From: Nemertoderma westbladi
Lineage: Eukaryota; Animalia; Xenacoelomorpha
DNA: 52,512 bases
Assembly (NCBI GenBank): GCA_032718475.1
Contig: JAUCBJ010007046.1
Span: 1-52,512, forward strand
Reading direction: 5' to 3'
Made by a program: the position numbers and the translations under genes. The stretch's first letter is position 1. Every line of letters starts with the position of its first letter. Under the pieces are notes generated by a model that worked only from the letters and a program-made list of their open reading frames with translations, searched no databases and was not told where the DNA came from. Shown in pieces: positions 31,785 to 42,152 of this stretch.

Positions 31785-32478
31785 ACTTAATCTCTAAGTA
31801 CTTCACGTGTAACGCCATCACTAACGTAATCTCTAAGTCCTTCACGTGTAACGCCATCCCATCACTAACTTAAAGTCCTTCACGTGTAACGCCATCACTA
31901 ACTTAATCTTAAGTCATTCACATGTAACGCCATCACTAACTTGATCTCTAAGTCCTTCACGTGTAACGCCATCCCATCACTAACTTAATCTCTAAGTCCT
32001 TCACATGTAACGCCATCACTAACTTAATCTATAAGTCCTTCACGTGTAACTAAGTCCTTCACATGTAACGCCATCACTAACTTAATCTCTAAGTCCTTCA
32101 CGTGTAACGCCATCCCATCACTAACTTAATCTCTAAGTCCTTCACGTGTAACGCCATCCCATCACTAACTTAAAGTCCTTCACGTGTAACGCCATCACTA
32201 ACTTAATCTCTAAGTCCTTCACGTGTAACGCCATCCCATCACTAACTTGATCTCTAAGTCCTTCACGTGTAACGCCACCACTAACTTAATCTCTAAGTCC
32301 TTCACGTGTAACGCCATCACTAACGTAATCTATAAGTCCTTCACGTGTAACTAAGTCCTTCACATGTAACGCCATCACTAACTTAATCTCTAAGTCCTTC
32401 AGTGTAACGCCATCCCATCACTAACTTAATCTATAAGTCCTTCACATGTAACGCCATCACTAATTTGATCTCTAAGTC
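31785..32478 (+). repeat. 39/44-bp minisatellite (TAAGTCCTTCACGTGTAACGCCATCACTAACTTAATCTC)
   Basis: Tandem array with length variants. Continues at 36870-37517; paralogous array at 42615-43119. Confidence 0.92.
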
Positions 32479-32727
32479 ATGTAAAATCATGTAAAGGCAA
32501 AAAGCCATGTACTGTATGCCTACTGCTGATGTACATCCACATACAGTTTAATTTAATTTAATTTCATACACAAACAAACAAAATATAGTTTGGTACACCG
32601 TAATTAATGTGCACAAATCGACCACCTAAACTATAAAATAACAAAAGCACAGACTGAAACAGAAACAAGACAAAATATTGGTAATATGTAAGTGTATTAA
32701 ACCCTAACCAACAAACTAAGAGAAGAA

Positions 32728-35700
32728 TCATGCAGTGGCAACAAAATTTATAATATTATCTAGTTCAAGAGAATCAAAACCGGGAACACTAGCGTTATTT
32801 AACCGACAATTAATAAGTTCTTGTAACAAAGGAACCCGCCATTCATTACCAACAGGCACATGTGCATAACTCAAACTATTAGCAAACCTTGGGACCAGAG
32901 AACGTAAATTATATATGTTACACCGGTTACCAATATTTCGTAAATTTGTGCCCGAACGTGTCCTACAATCAAAAACGCACAGTTCAGCCAAAAATCGTAT
33001 AATACGTTTATTAGATGTGAGTAAAGAGTTAACAAATTTAACATAACGAGTTTGCAACATTACGCACGGATGCTTAAAAGGTACCAAATTCTCTACAATA
33101 AATCTATGTGTATTGTAAGGTAATCTGAATATTAATCTAATATTAATATTCCACGATGTATAAATTCTAGATGTACTGTCTGAAAAAAGGTCCCATAGAT
33201 TACTCCCAAAAAGACAAGTTGCGTAAATCCGCTGGATATCGCACAATAAATAAGGATCAGAAAAATAAAACTCTTGTCTTAGTGCATTTAATTTACCTAT
33301 TAATTGGCCGCGTTTTTTCAGTACATCAGACACCATACTATTGCGAAAATCAAAAACATGCCCCAAATGAACTGCCTCACGAACCCATGGCAAATCGTGA
33401 CCATTTAAATTTATTCTGGCAGCAGGTTCCCTCCAACGCGTCGAGTTGCTGAATGCAATACATTTCGATTTAGACTTCTCTGGAGTTACATTTGTACTGA
33501 AAACTAAATCATTATCTTGTGCAAATCTTTCGCATAATGAAACCATAAACTGAAGGCCGCACAGAGATGGGCACAGCAAGAAAATATCATCCGCGTATGC
33601 TAGTGCACCCAAGAAATAAGTGCCTATCCAGCATCCTACACCTGCCTCTCGCAGACGCACAAGGAGCGAGTTGAGAAGAATGCAAAACAGAATTGGCGAG
33701 GCCACAGATCCCTGTTTTACACCATTAGAAATACCGAAAGGAGACGATAAAGTTTCATTCCAACGGACACAACAGGATTGATTGGAATATATCCACAGTA
33801 GGGTACGTAGGAATAACGGAGAGAAACCCTTTTTGATCAGTTCCAAGAATAGTTTACACCACTCGACCATATCGAATGCCTTTGTGAGGTCAAGTAGACT
33901 CCCATATACTGGTGTATTGTACCTGGAGTAATGACCAATCACCTCTGAGGCCACCCACGAGCACTGGCTTGTCCCCGTACCAGACTGAAAACCGAACTGC
34001 AGCTCATCCAATGAAAGGCATTCAGATTGTGACAGCAACATTACCCATTCAAATAGTTTGATTAACAATGATGACAAAGCTATTGCACGGTAGTTACTAG
34101 AGACGGCTTGATCACCCAGCTTATCTTTAATTAAAGGTAATATAACGCAAGTCAGAAGAAATTGAGGTACAAAACCATGAACAAGAAACAAGTTAAATAA
34201 CCTAACTAATTGCTCTCTAAATTCCGGGCCCGCATTGATTAAGCAGTCCGAATCAAATCCAAAGGCTACATCTGTCTTAGAACTTTTAAGCTTATTCATA
34301 GCCTCCCAAACTAGCTCTGAAGTTATAAGCGGCAATGCATCCCTATCACAACTGTCCAATTTCTCATGAATCTGCTGCCGTAAACCTTCCAAATTTGAGT
34401 TATAAGGTTGATTAAACAATGTGGAGTAAATTGAAGCAAAGCGATCAGCTATTGACTGTGAGTCAACACAGTCATCTATTCTAGAACTAACTACAGGCGA
34501 CACCCGACGCAGCTTCTTAATCTCCTCGAATATCTGTTGATTGTTTCTCAAACAGGCTTGCAGTAATTTGTCTCGCTGAATGTTATCAGAAGCGCGTTTC
34601 AACCGTCGCACAGCATATTTAAACTGAGCCCTTGTAACTCTACGCATATGAAATAGATGTGCATTTTGAGAAACATTCGGACACCCAGCAGACACCCAGA
34701 CACTATGCCAAAAGATAGACTCGTCACGGAAAGGTTTAACATTTTCATTCCATCCTGGGAGCATAGGCCTATCAAATGTACCAGCACCATTCTTAACATT
34801 TCTATTAGATAAACAGTCTACTGCACAACTTTCAATAACTTGCAATAAATCAAGTGCGTACTTTTCAATATCTAATTTATGATTTACTTCTGCACAAAAC
34901 AAATTATTACAAGAGAAACATCCACCCAAATCGGTGCTGTCCATGTCGTTAATCATAGCACTAAGTTTATTACGAAACTCTTGCTGTTGATCTAGGGTGG
35001 CTCGCTTAAAACGAACTTTTTCTTTCATATCTGTTTTTTGATTTATGTTCATCGATATACTCGGGTCATGTGACAAATTACTATGTAATTCAAATTTTAG
35101 AAAAATTGGCGAGTGAAGCGATAAGTTTGAACCAGAGTGCACGACACCGGCCTCAGTAATATTATCAAAAAATACAGTGGAACCAATAAAGTGATCTAAA
35201 GTAGAGTGATGCCAAGTATTATCCGTAAACGACGAATAAGTAAAATCTACAGGAAAAATATCCCATAGTCGACCTAAATTATTATCTAATATAAATTGAA
35301 TAACAGAACGAACATGTGGTGAATGTCTTATAAAGTCACAATTTAAGTCACCTGTAATCAGAATGTTACATGTATTATTTGCATCATCGATGATGCGCTT
35401 AATATCACTCAGAACTAAAAATAATTCATCTGAAACCATATTCCCCTGGTGGTCTACAGGAAAATATGAATTAATAATAATAATCGGCCTCATATCAGGT
35501 AGATTCAACCGTATTGCTTGCAACCTAAAATTACTACAATTTATACGAGTAATGAATTTACACAATTCTTTACGAAATATAAAACAAAGCCCGCCCTTCG
35601 GCCTGCCTGCTCGTACTTCACTATCTGCAAAAATAGCTGGCTGTATAATGCAATCAAAATCATTCTTAAATGGTGCTCTAATACGATATGAATTATCTTT

Positions 35701-35883
35701 TAGGACAAAATGCTCTTGTATACAGAGTATATCACTACCTAAAAGTAAAACTTTTATAAAGTCCAATTTATCAGGAGATAAACCCGTACTGTTTAACGAC
35801 GAAATACAGAATGTACTTTTATTACTATGAAAGTCGGTGTAGGAGGCCATTTTGAAAATACAGTAGGAATAGAACTCGAACAA
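32728..35883 (-). CDS. LINE ORF2: AP endonuclease + reverse transcriptase, intact
   Basis: APE motifs SLNSTGL, LCIQEHF, GRPKGGL, ITGDLNCD, LDHFI, SLHSPI. RT motifs NYRAIAL, QFGF, LDLTKAFD, GVKQGSVASP, YADD. The true start is probably the ATG of MASY. Confidence 0.93.
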   Translation of the reverse strand: MFEFYSYCIFKMASYTDFHSNKSTFCISSLNSTGLSPDKLDFIKVLLLGSDILCIQEHFVLKDNSYRIRAPFKNDFDCIIQPAIFADSEVRAGRPKGGLCFIFRKELCKFITRINCSNFRLQAIRLNLPDMRPIIIINSYFPVDHQGNMVSDELFLVLSDIKRIIDDANNTCNILITGDLNCDFIRHSPHVRSVIQFILDNNLGRLWDIFPVDFTYSSFTDNTWHHSTLDHFIGSTVFFDNITEAGVVHSGSNLSLHSPIFLKFELHSNLSHDPSISMNINQKTDMKEKVRFKRATLDQQQEFRNKLSAMINDMDSTDLGGCFSCNNLFCAEVNHKLDIEKYALDLLQVIESCAVDCLSNRNVKNGAGTFDRPMLPGWNENVKPFRDESIFWHSVWVSAGCPNVSQNAHLFHMRRVTRAQFKYAVRRLKRASDNIQRDKLLQACLRNNQQIFEEIKKLRRVSPVVSSRIDDCVDSQSIADRFASIYSTLFNQPYNSNLEGLRQQIHEKLDSCDRDALPLITSELVWEAMNKLKSSKTDVAFGFDSDCLINAGPEFREQLVRLFNLFLVHGFVPQFLLTCVILPLIKDKLGDQAVSSNYRAIALSSLLIKLFEWVMLLSQSECLSLDELQFGFQSGTGTSQCSWVASEVIGHYSRYNTPVYGSLLDLTKAFDMVEWCKLFLELIKKGFSPLFLRTLLWIYSNQSCCVRWNETLSSPFGISNGVKQGSVASPILFCILLNSLLVRLREAGVGCWIGTYFLGALAYADDIFLLCPSLCGLQFMVSLCERFAQDNDLVFSTNVTPEKSKSKCIAFSNSTRWREPAARINLNGHDLPWVREAVHLGHVFDFRNSMVSDVLKKRGQLIGKLNALRQEFYFSDPYLLCDIQRIYATCLFGSNLWDLFSDSTSRIYTSWNINIRLIFRLPYNTHRFIVENLVPFKHPCVMLQTRYVKFVNSLLTSNKRIIRFLAELCVFDCRTRSGTNLRNIGNRCNIYNLRSLVPRFANSLSYAHVPVGNEWRVPLLQELINCRLNNASVPGFDSLELDNIINFVATA

Positions 35884-36002
35884 AAAATAACTAATCAGTT
35901 ATACATAAGTTTTTAGTTAAGTTAACTTAAATATCCCTATATATATATTATATTATATAAGTAAGTAAATGCCTGGTGTATAATAAGTATAAAGAGTATA
36001 AG

Positions 36003-36824
36003 TTACACGACTTGAGCTCTAGTGGAAGTAAACCCCGTTCGACGGTCCCCATTTACGCCACCACTGCGTTGACCCTGAGAAGAGCTATTGTGGACCCACT
36101 TGCGAACACAGACCCCCGCCGGCCAAGTTGAGGGAAGGAGTGCTTTCTCTACGTAATTTGCCGCAAGCGAAACCCTGAAGCTCGCATTCATCGATTCTGG
36201 ATGTGAAATTCTCTTCACGCTCGCTAAAGAAACTTTAATCGCTTGACAATCCAAGGAGTCCACAATATCCTGCGCCGTAGTATCAGCCCAGAGTCGAAAA
36301 ACGAAAACATCCGACGGAGCCGCTCGTAGGCCGGACTTGCGGGCCCCGGACGTATCCCCATCGCCACTAACTCCAGGACTTAGTTTAGTACCAACTACAA
36401 ACTCACGGTTGCGCCGTCTTTGGGGGACCTTCTGAAACCCCGGAGAACCCTCGAGTTCACCGGTTTCCATAGCTGCGGAGGGAGAGTTCCTTGGCCGTTT
36501 GGCGCTACCTCGTTCTTGGATGCGCGGAGACTGCGTTGGTGTACCCAGCGGGGAATAATAATTACCGGTACTCTGCCTGACGTAACTCTGCCTACCTCTC
36601 GATGGCACCGATGGTGCAAAACGACTAGCAGCAGCCGCAAAGCTGCTGGGCCTGGACACGCCATGTTCTGTACCCTGGGTGGCCCGTTCCGGAGCTGGTG
36701 GGAATTGTAGCTGAGGAGCAACCTCATTCACCCCTGAGCTGCCGCCTCCTGTAGGACCGCCTTTATCAATTAAAGTCGTCCGAACTGCAGGACCCACTGC
36801 CCTCCCTGGGTCGACACCGGTAAA
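36003..36824 (-). pseudogene. LINE ORF1, 5'-truncated
   Basis: RRM-like C-terminal domain DVFVFRL...SFRVSL...PSTWPAGVCVRKW. The frame stays open up to the insertion junction with no initiating ATG upstream. Confidence 0.75.
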
Positions 36825-38349
36825 TATATAGTACCTAGACCCTACCGGTTTTTGAAATTAGTGTCGAATTAGTAACGCCATCACTAACTTAATCTCGAAG
36901 TCCTTCACATGTAACGCCATCACTAACGTAATCTATAAGTCCTTCAAGGTGTAACGCCATCACTAACTTAATCTCTAAGTCCTTCACATGTAACGCCATC
37001 ACTAACGTAATCTATAAGTCCTTCATGTGTAACTAAGTCCCTCACATGTAACGCCATCACTAACTTAATCTCTAAGACCTTCACATGTAACGCCATCACT
37101 AACTTAATCTCTAAGTCCTTCAGTGTAACGCCATCCCATCACTAACTTAATCTCTAAGTCCTTCACGTGTAACGCCATCCCATCACTAACTTAATCTATA
37201 AGTCCTTCACGTGTACCTAAGTCCTTCACGTGTAACGCCATCCCATCACTAACTTAATCTCTAAGTCCTTCACATGTAACGCCATCACTAACGTAATCTA
37301 TAAGTCCTTCACGTGTAACTAAGTCCTTCACATGTAACGCCATCACTAACTTAATCTCTAAGTCCTTCAGTGTAACGCCATCCCATCACTAACTTAATCT
37401 ATAAGTCCTTCACATGTAACGCCATCACTAACTTGATCTCTAAGTCCTTCACGTGTAACGCCATCCCATCACTAACTTAATCTCTAAGTCCTTCACGTGT
37501 AACGCCATCACTAACTTCAATCGAGAAGTTATTACCCGACACAACACGCCTAATTCCGTTTGACAATTGTAATGGCATGACGTTGGCTTTAAGAAGTACT
37601 GTTTTAGAACCGAAATAAAGAAAGGTAAAAAATCATGAGCTTTTCCTAAACCCTTTAGGTAGTACTAGGTACATTCCTAATGACGGTATTTTTGTAGATT
37701 TACGTTTTCGCACAATGCTCGAGTTCTAATGAACGAATTCCTATAATTCTTTTACCTGCTGGGCTGGTAGCTAAATAAATCGCCGTTTAGAAATATCTTA
37801 CTTGGAGATGTTGTGAATAAATAAAAAAAATGAAAATGTCATGAAAACGAGCGTTACATGGTGGACAAAATCCTAGTGACGGCGTAATTAATTGTTAGTA
37901 AATAGTAAATATATAAAATGTGAGTAGCTTCGGTTGAAAACCACCAATAGCATGTGAAAGAGCATTAAATTTGCTTTATTTTGATGTATGGTATGTGGAA
38001 CCTTTGCTTTCATTGCTTTAGCTCAGAAGCCAAATACTTAAAAATAATTCAATGTGACATTTCAAAAAACATGCATTTTCGATATTTAAAATGGTGTCAT
38101 TCTCTAGGTTGTGAATGGAATCTGTTGAAAATTTGCTGAAATATGAGCAGATTTCCGCTCTTCCGATTGGTATATAGGTTCATGGGGTTAAATCTGTGTC
38201 GTTTGGAAATATAACCGTGCGAATGCATGGCCATTTTGACATAAAAGTTTGGCCACTTTTTGTGAGAACGACCCACACACATAATTTTAGTTAATCTGTA
38301 TCCAACAATATCACCGGAAGTAGATAAACGTTTCTTACAAACATTACAG

Positions 38350-40979
38350 TTACTGAGTCTCCCCACTGCGGATACATTTGTGGCTCGATACATGATGGCG
38401 TTGGTAGAAACATTTACCGCATGTATCGCAGCTAAACGGTCGTTCACCTGTATGTAATCTCTTGTGAGTGTTTAGATTGCTACTCTGCGTAAATTCCTTC
38501 CCACACGTGTCGCACACGAACGGTTTCTCTCCACTGTGCGTACGTTTGTGTATCTTTAGGGAATTTAGTTGGGAGAAACTTTTCTCACACAGGTTGCAGT
38601 TATACGGTTTCTCTCCACTATGCGAACGTTTGTGTGTCTTTAGGGAACTTAGTTGAGAGAAACGTTTGTTACAGATGCCGCATTGGTAAGGTCGTTCGCC
38701 GGTGTGGATCCGTTGGTGTGTAATTAGTTGGCTGTTATATGCGAACGTCTTATCACAAGTATTACAGCTGAACTGCTGTTGGACGAAGGAATTATTCATT
38801 CTTCCGTGTGTTACGTCATCGTCGGAAGTGAGCATGTCTGAATCATCGGGGGATGGTTGTGATTGGTCGCCTAGAGAAAGTAATGGAGTGGATTAATAAT
38901 GGAGAATATTGATTAATATCAGAATATGTAAGTAATGCACTATAATAATGTAATAATAGAACAATAAAACTCACGAAAATCATAGAAAATTCAACACAAC
39001 ACAATATCCGATTTGTTTATATACGATTTGGTTTTATCGGTTTTAATCCGATTGGAGATACCAAATATATAATAAGGTGTTTTACAAAAATGAAAAATTG
39101 TGGAATGACTTTTCTAAGATTTGAACCAGCGCAGCCTAAATGCCTTATGGCTTAATACGTACTATTACTGTATGTGTAGTGTAATTTCCCCCGCTTCATT
39201 TTAACATAGGCCTATACTAGAATCATGTCGAACCTCTGATAGAGATATGAGATATAATTTAAAAAAATATTAATTTTGTACAGTTCCATTATCAGGTCAA
39301 TTCAAATTAAAAAAAAATAGTTTTTGAAATTGAAATTTACTGTTGTAAATGCTGCAAAAGCATATTTCCACAGCCTAAGGAAATGTAATTACTAAAAGGG
39401 AAACATAGACATGATTGTGCTACTGGTGGCTAAATAGGCTAAATAATGGTGACAAAAATATTGTCTTCGAGTTTAAACTTTACAATTTTTTGCTGTCGCG
39501 AAATATTCAAATCAAACACATTATCCAATATGTTGTAGATCAGATCAGACGCCAAATAAACTCAAACCAATGTATTTTATTAACAATGTAATATCGTTGA
39601 GTTAGCACATTATAAGTTCTGCAGTCGCAAAATATTCAAAGCAAACCCAAATTCCCATAATGATATCTTGCAATGAATTATCTTGTATGCAGACAATTTT
39701 AGATATAAGTTACTGTATATCACACCACCAAAACTACGATTTTATATTTTTGAACAAAATCGTATCGTGACCTCATCACCCTGCAGAACAAAGTGGGTGT
39801 AAACGCTACGCCGACTGCCGACAACCTATCCCTGTTTTTAATTTAAGTTAAATAATTTTAACTATAGGGCCTAACATATGTGATATCGACTGACATTTTT
39901 TGTTTTAATTGGAATATTCAGCAAAATCATCCACATCAAATGTAACCTGAACCTGATAAGTTTTCCATTGTAGGCAATACGGACTAAATGTTGTTTAATC
40001 TAACATATAGTAACTCACCGATACCGGAAACTGTTGATTTGGGTCTGAAATGGAGGTTGTAGGTATTGGGAAGGTCTAAGTCGAAGTCGCCTAGAGGCTG
40101 AGTAGAGATGGGGGTCGAGTAGTTGGTGAGTGGGGAGAGACCCTGGGTGGTGTGGGCGTGGGGGGTCGATGTGTCTATATGGATTCCATGTGGTCTATTT
40201 ATATCGAAGAAAAATTCATTTAAGACATCGCCAACCTCACCTACGTCGGGTTTATATTCCAGTTCGTCTTCCGTCTCAATGAATATGATTTCCGGAGCAT
40301 CGGATGGGTCTGATAGAGGTTGTGTAGAATTATTGGTTGAGTTGGTTGTGGTAACTGCGGGGATATACGATATGTTGTTATCAGATAATAACGTTAAACT
40401 GGCTGTATTAGACGATTCAGATACAATGGGGTTTGGTTTGGTGTCTATCAGACTCAGTTTGGGGTTCATTTGTATTTGATTTCCGGGGAGGTCTGCCTGG
40501 TTGAGATATGGTAACCTCACCACAGGGTGCATGGATGAGGGTTCGGTACGTGGCGTGTGTTGATTTGAGTTTCGAGATTTAGGGTGGAAACCAATTCCGG
40601 TCGCAGGATTGTAATTGTGGCAGAACCTAGTACCGCCATTTGTCGTCGCTGATGTCCTCAATGGATTCTGCGGCAGTGGCAGACTGGTCTCGCGGTACCC
40701 GGTAGTCGGGACAGTGGTCGGTGATTGAGTTATGTATTGGGGCAAAGCCGAGGTGGTGGCGGCGTTGTTAGAGGGATAGGAGAGTGAATGCTGCAGCCAC
40801 TCAGTAATGCGACCAGCCGTACAATTCTTAACAACATAATCGTCCAGAAAACACGAGTTTACTTCCAAGTATTCTTCGAGAAATCTCCGCACAAACGTGT
40901 CATTTTCTGAACAAATGTTCACGAACATAGATTTGGTAATTACCAATGCGTTGTCCGACTCACAAGTAAACCGTTCCAT
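38350..40979 (-). CDS. Two-exon C2H2 zinc-finger protein, 493 aa: join(40979-40019, 38870-38350)
   Basis: Donor G|GTGAGT at 40019/40018 and acceptor TTTCTCTAG|G at 38871/38870 join in phase 1. Four canonical fingers with TGERP/SGEKP linkers plus a fifth ending HKC. Confidence 0.85.
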
Positions 40980-41625
40980 TGTCTGATTGTTTTGTCTTTT
41001 CAGAGTTCAGGTCGTCCCAGTTCGAGAAGCAAATAATACAATTTTAAACAGATATATAGGCCTATTCGAATCACTGAATCAGCGAAATGCAGTACTGCAG
41101 TGCTGCCTAATAGTAAACACCCAAACCCAATTACACTACTATCTATATAAGGGGTGTTTCAAAATGGTGGACTGGATATAGAATACATGGACATGGACAG
41201 AAGAACAGACCAGCAATCACTTACTTGATTAGATTAATAAAGACTGCGTTACCAAATTAAAAGCATTGAATTTGTCCAATTTTATTGTAGTTATTTGCAA
41301 TGCAATCCCAACCGTCTTACCATTTTTATCAAAATTATCCCGGTCATGGCTGAATATCCCGGTAACCAGGATACTGTGTGATACCCCAACTATTCCTACA
41401 GTGCCGAGGGCGTGACCCCCCCTTAATAATATAAATCAAAGCCGGTGTATGGTAGGCCTTGGGCACAAGTCCCTAAAAGGTGCCACCCTGCTCCATAGCG
41501 CGGGAAATTCAAATGATTGAAAGACATGTAATTTATACTGGAAAGGGTGGCAGATCAGATCTACCACCTATATTTTGGCGGTAAATTAAAATCTGTTTTA
41601 ACATAGCAGCATAGAATACGTCTTA

Positions 41626-42141
41626 TAAGACTAATGTAATTCATTGAATTCGAATAAATTTATTTCTAATCGGTTTAATTCACTCATCCGTTATTGTTGT
41701 TGTTTTATCTATTCTTGGGCTTCGAGCAGCACGTGAACAACTAAACTGAACTGTTAAGGCCTACTGCACATGCAGTAGCAGTAGCTACTACAGTAAGAAG
41801 TTTACAGTATGAAGTATACTGCTCTAGCTCCTTGACCTTTTAGTACGTACCCATGTACATTATGCAGCACACTGTGTACAGTTTGTGATGGAAATATGAT
41901 AATTCTGTAATTTGAATCAATCGCCAAAAATATATCAATTCACTGCGCCTTTCTATCTATCCACTTGAAATATACTATTAATATACTAGGTATAAGTGTA
42001 TAATTGTTATGATTATAATGTTCTATACTTTACTGTGATAGAAGTTAAGACAAATCTCCCGACCCCCCCCCCCCCCCCCCCCCCCCCCCTTAAACCGATA
42101 AGAAATAATTTATTCTGATTCAATGAATTACATTAGTCTTA
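41626..42141. mobile_element. MITE with ~50-bp TIRs
   Basis: TAAGACTAATGTAATTCATTGAAT..ATCGGTTTA vs TAAACCGAT..ATTCAATGAATTACATTAGTCTTA; compatible with a TA TSD. Confidence 0.8.
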
Positions 42142-42152
42142 CTCTTTAATTA

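Larger units (their letters stand above)
32550..36825 (-). mobile_element. 5'-truncated non-LTR retrotransposon (RTE-X/CR1-group-like)
   Basis: ORF1 remnant, ORF2, short 3' UTR and (AATTA)n tail at ~32550-32565. Interrupts block X at CACATACAGT|ACCTAG. Confidence 0.88.
31318..41141 (+). repeat. Tandem segmental duplication, copy 1 (with LINE insertion)
   Basis: Colinear and highly similar to 42153-46769 once 32480-36870 is removed. Confidence 0.92.

Noticed and set aside
31785-32478. Telomeric or CRISPR interpretation of the 39/44-bp array
   Set aside because: Head-to-tail minisatellite with no unique spacers and no telomere motif.
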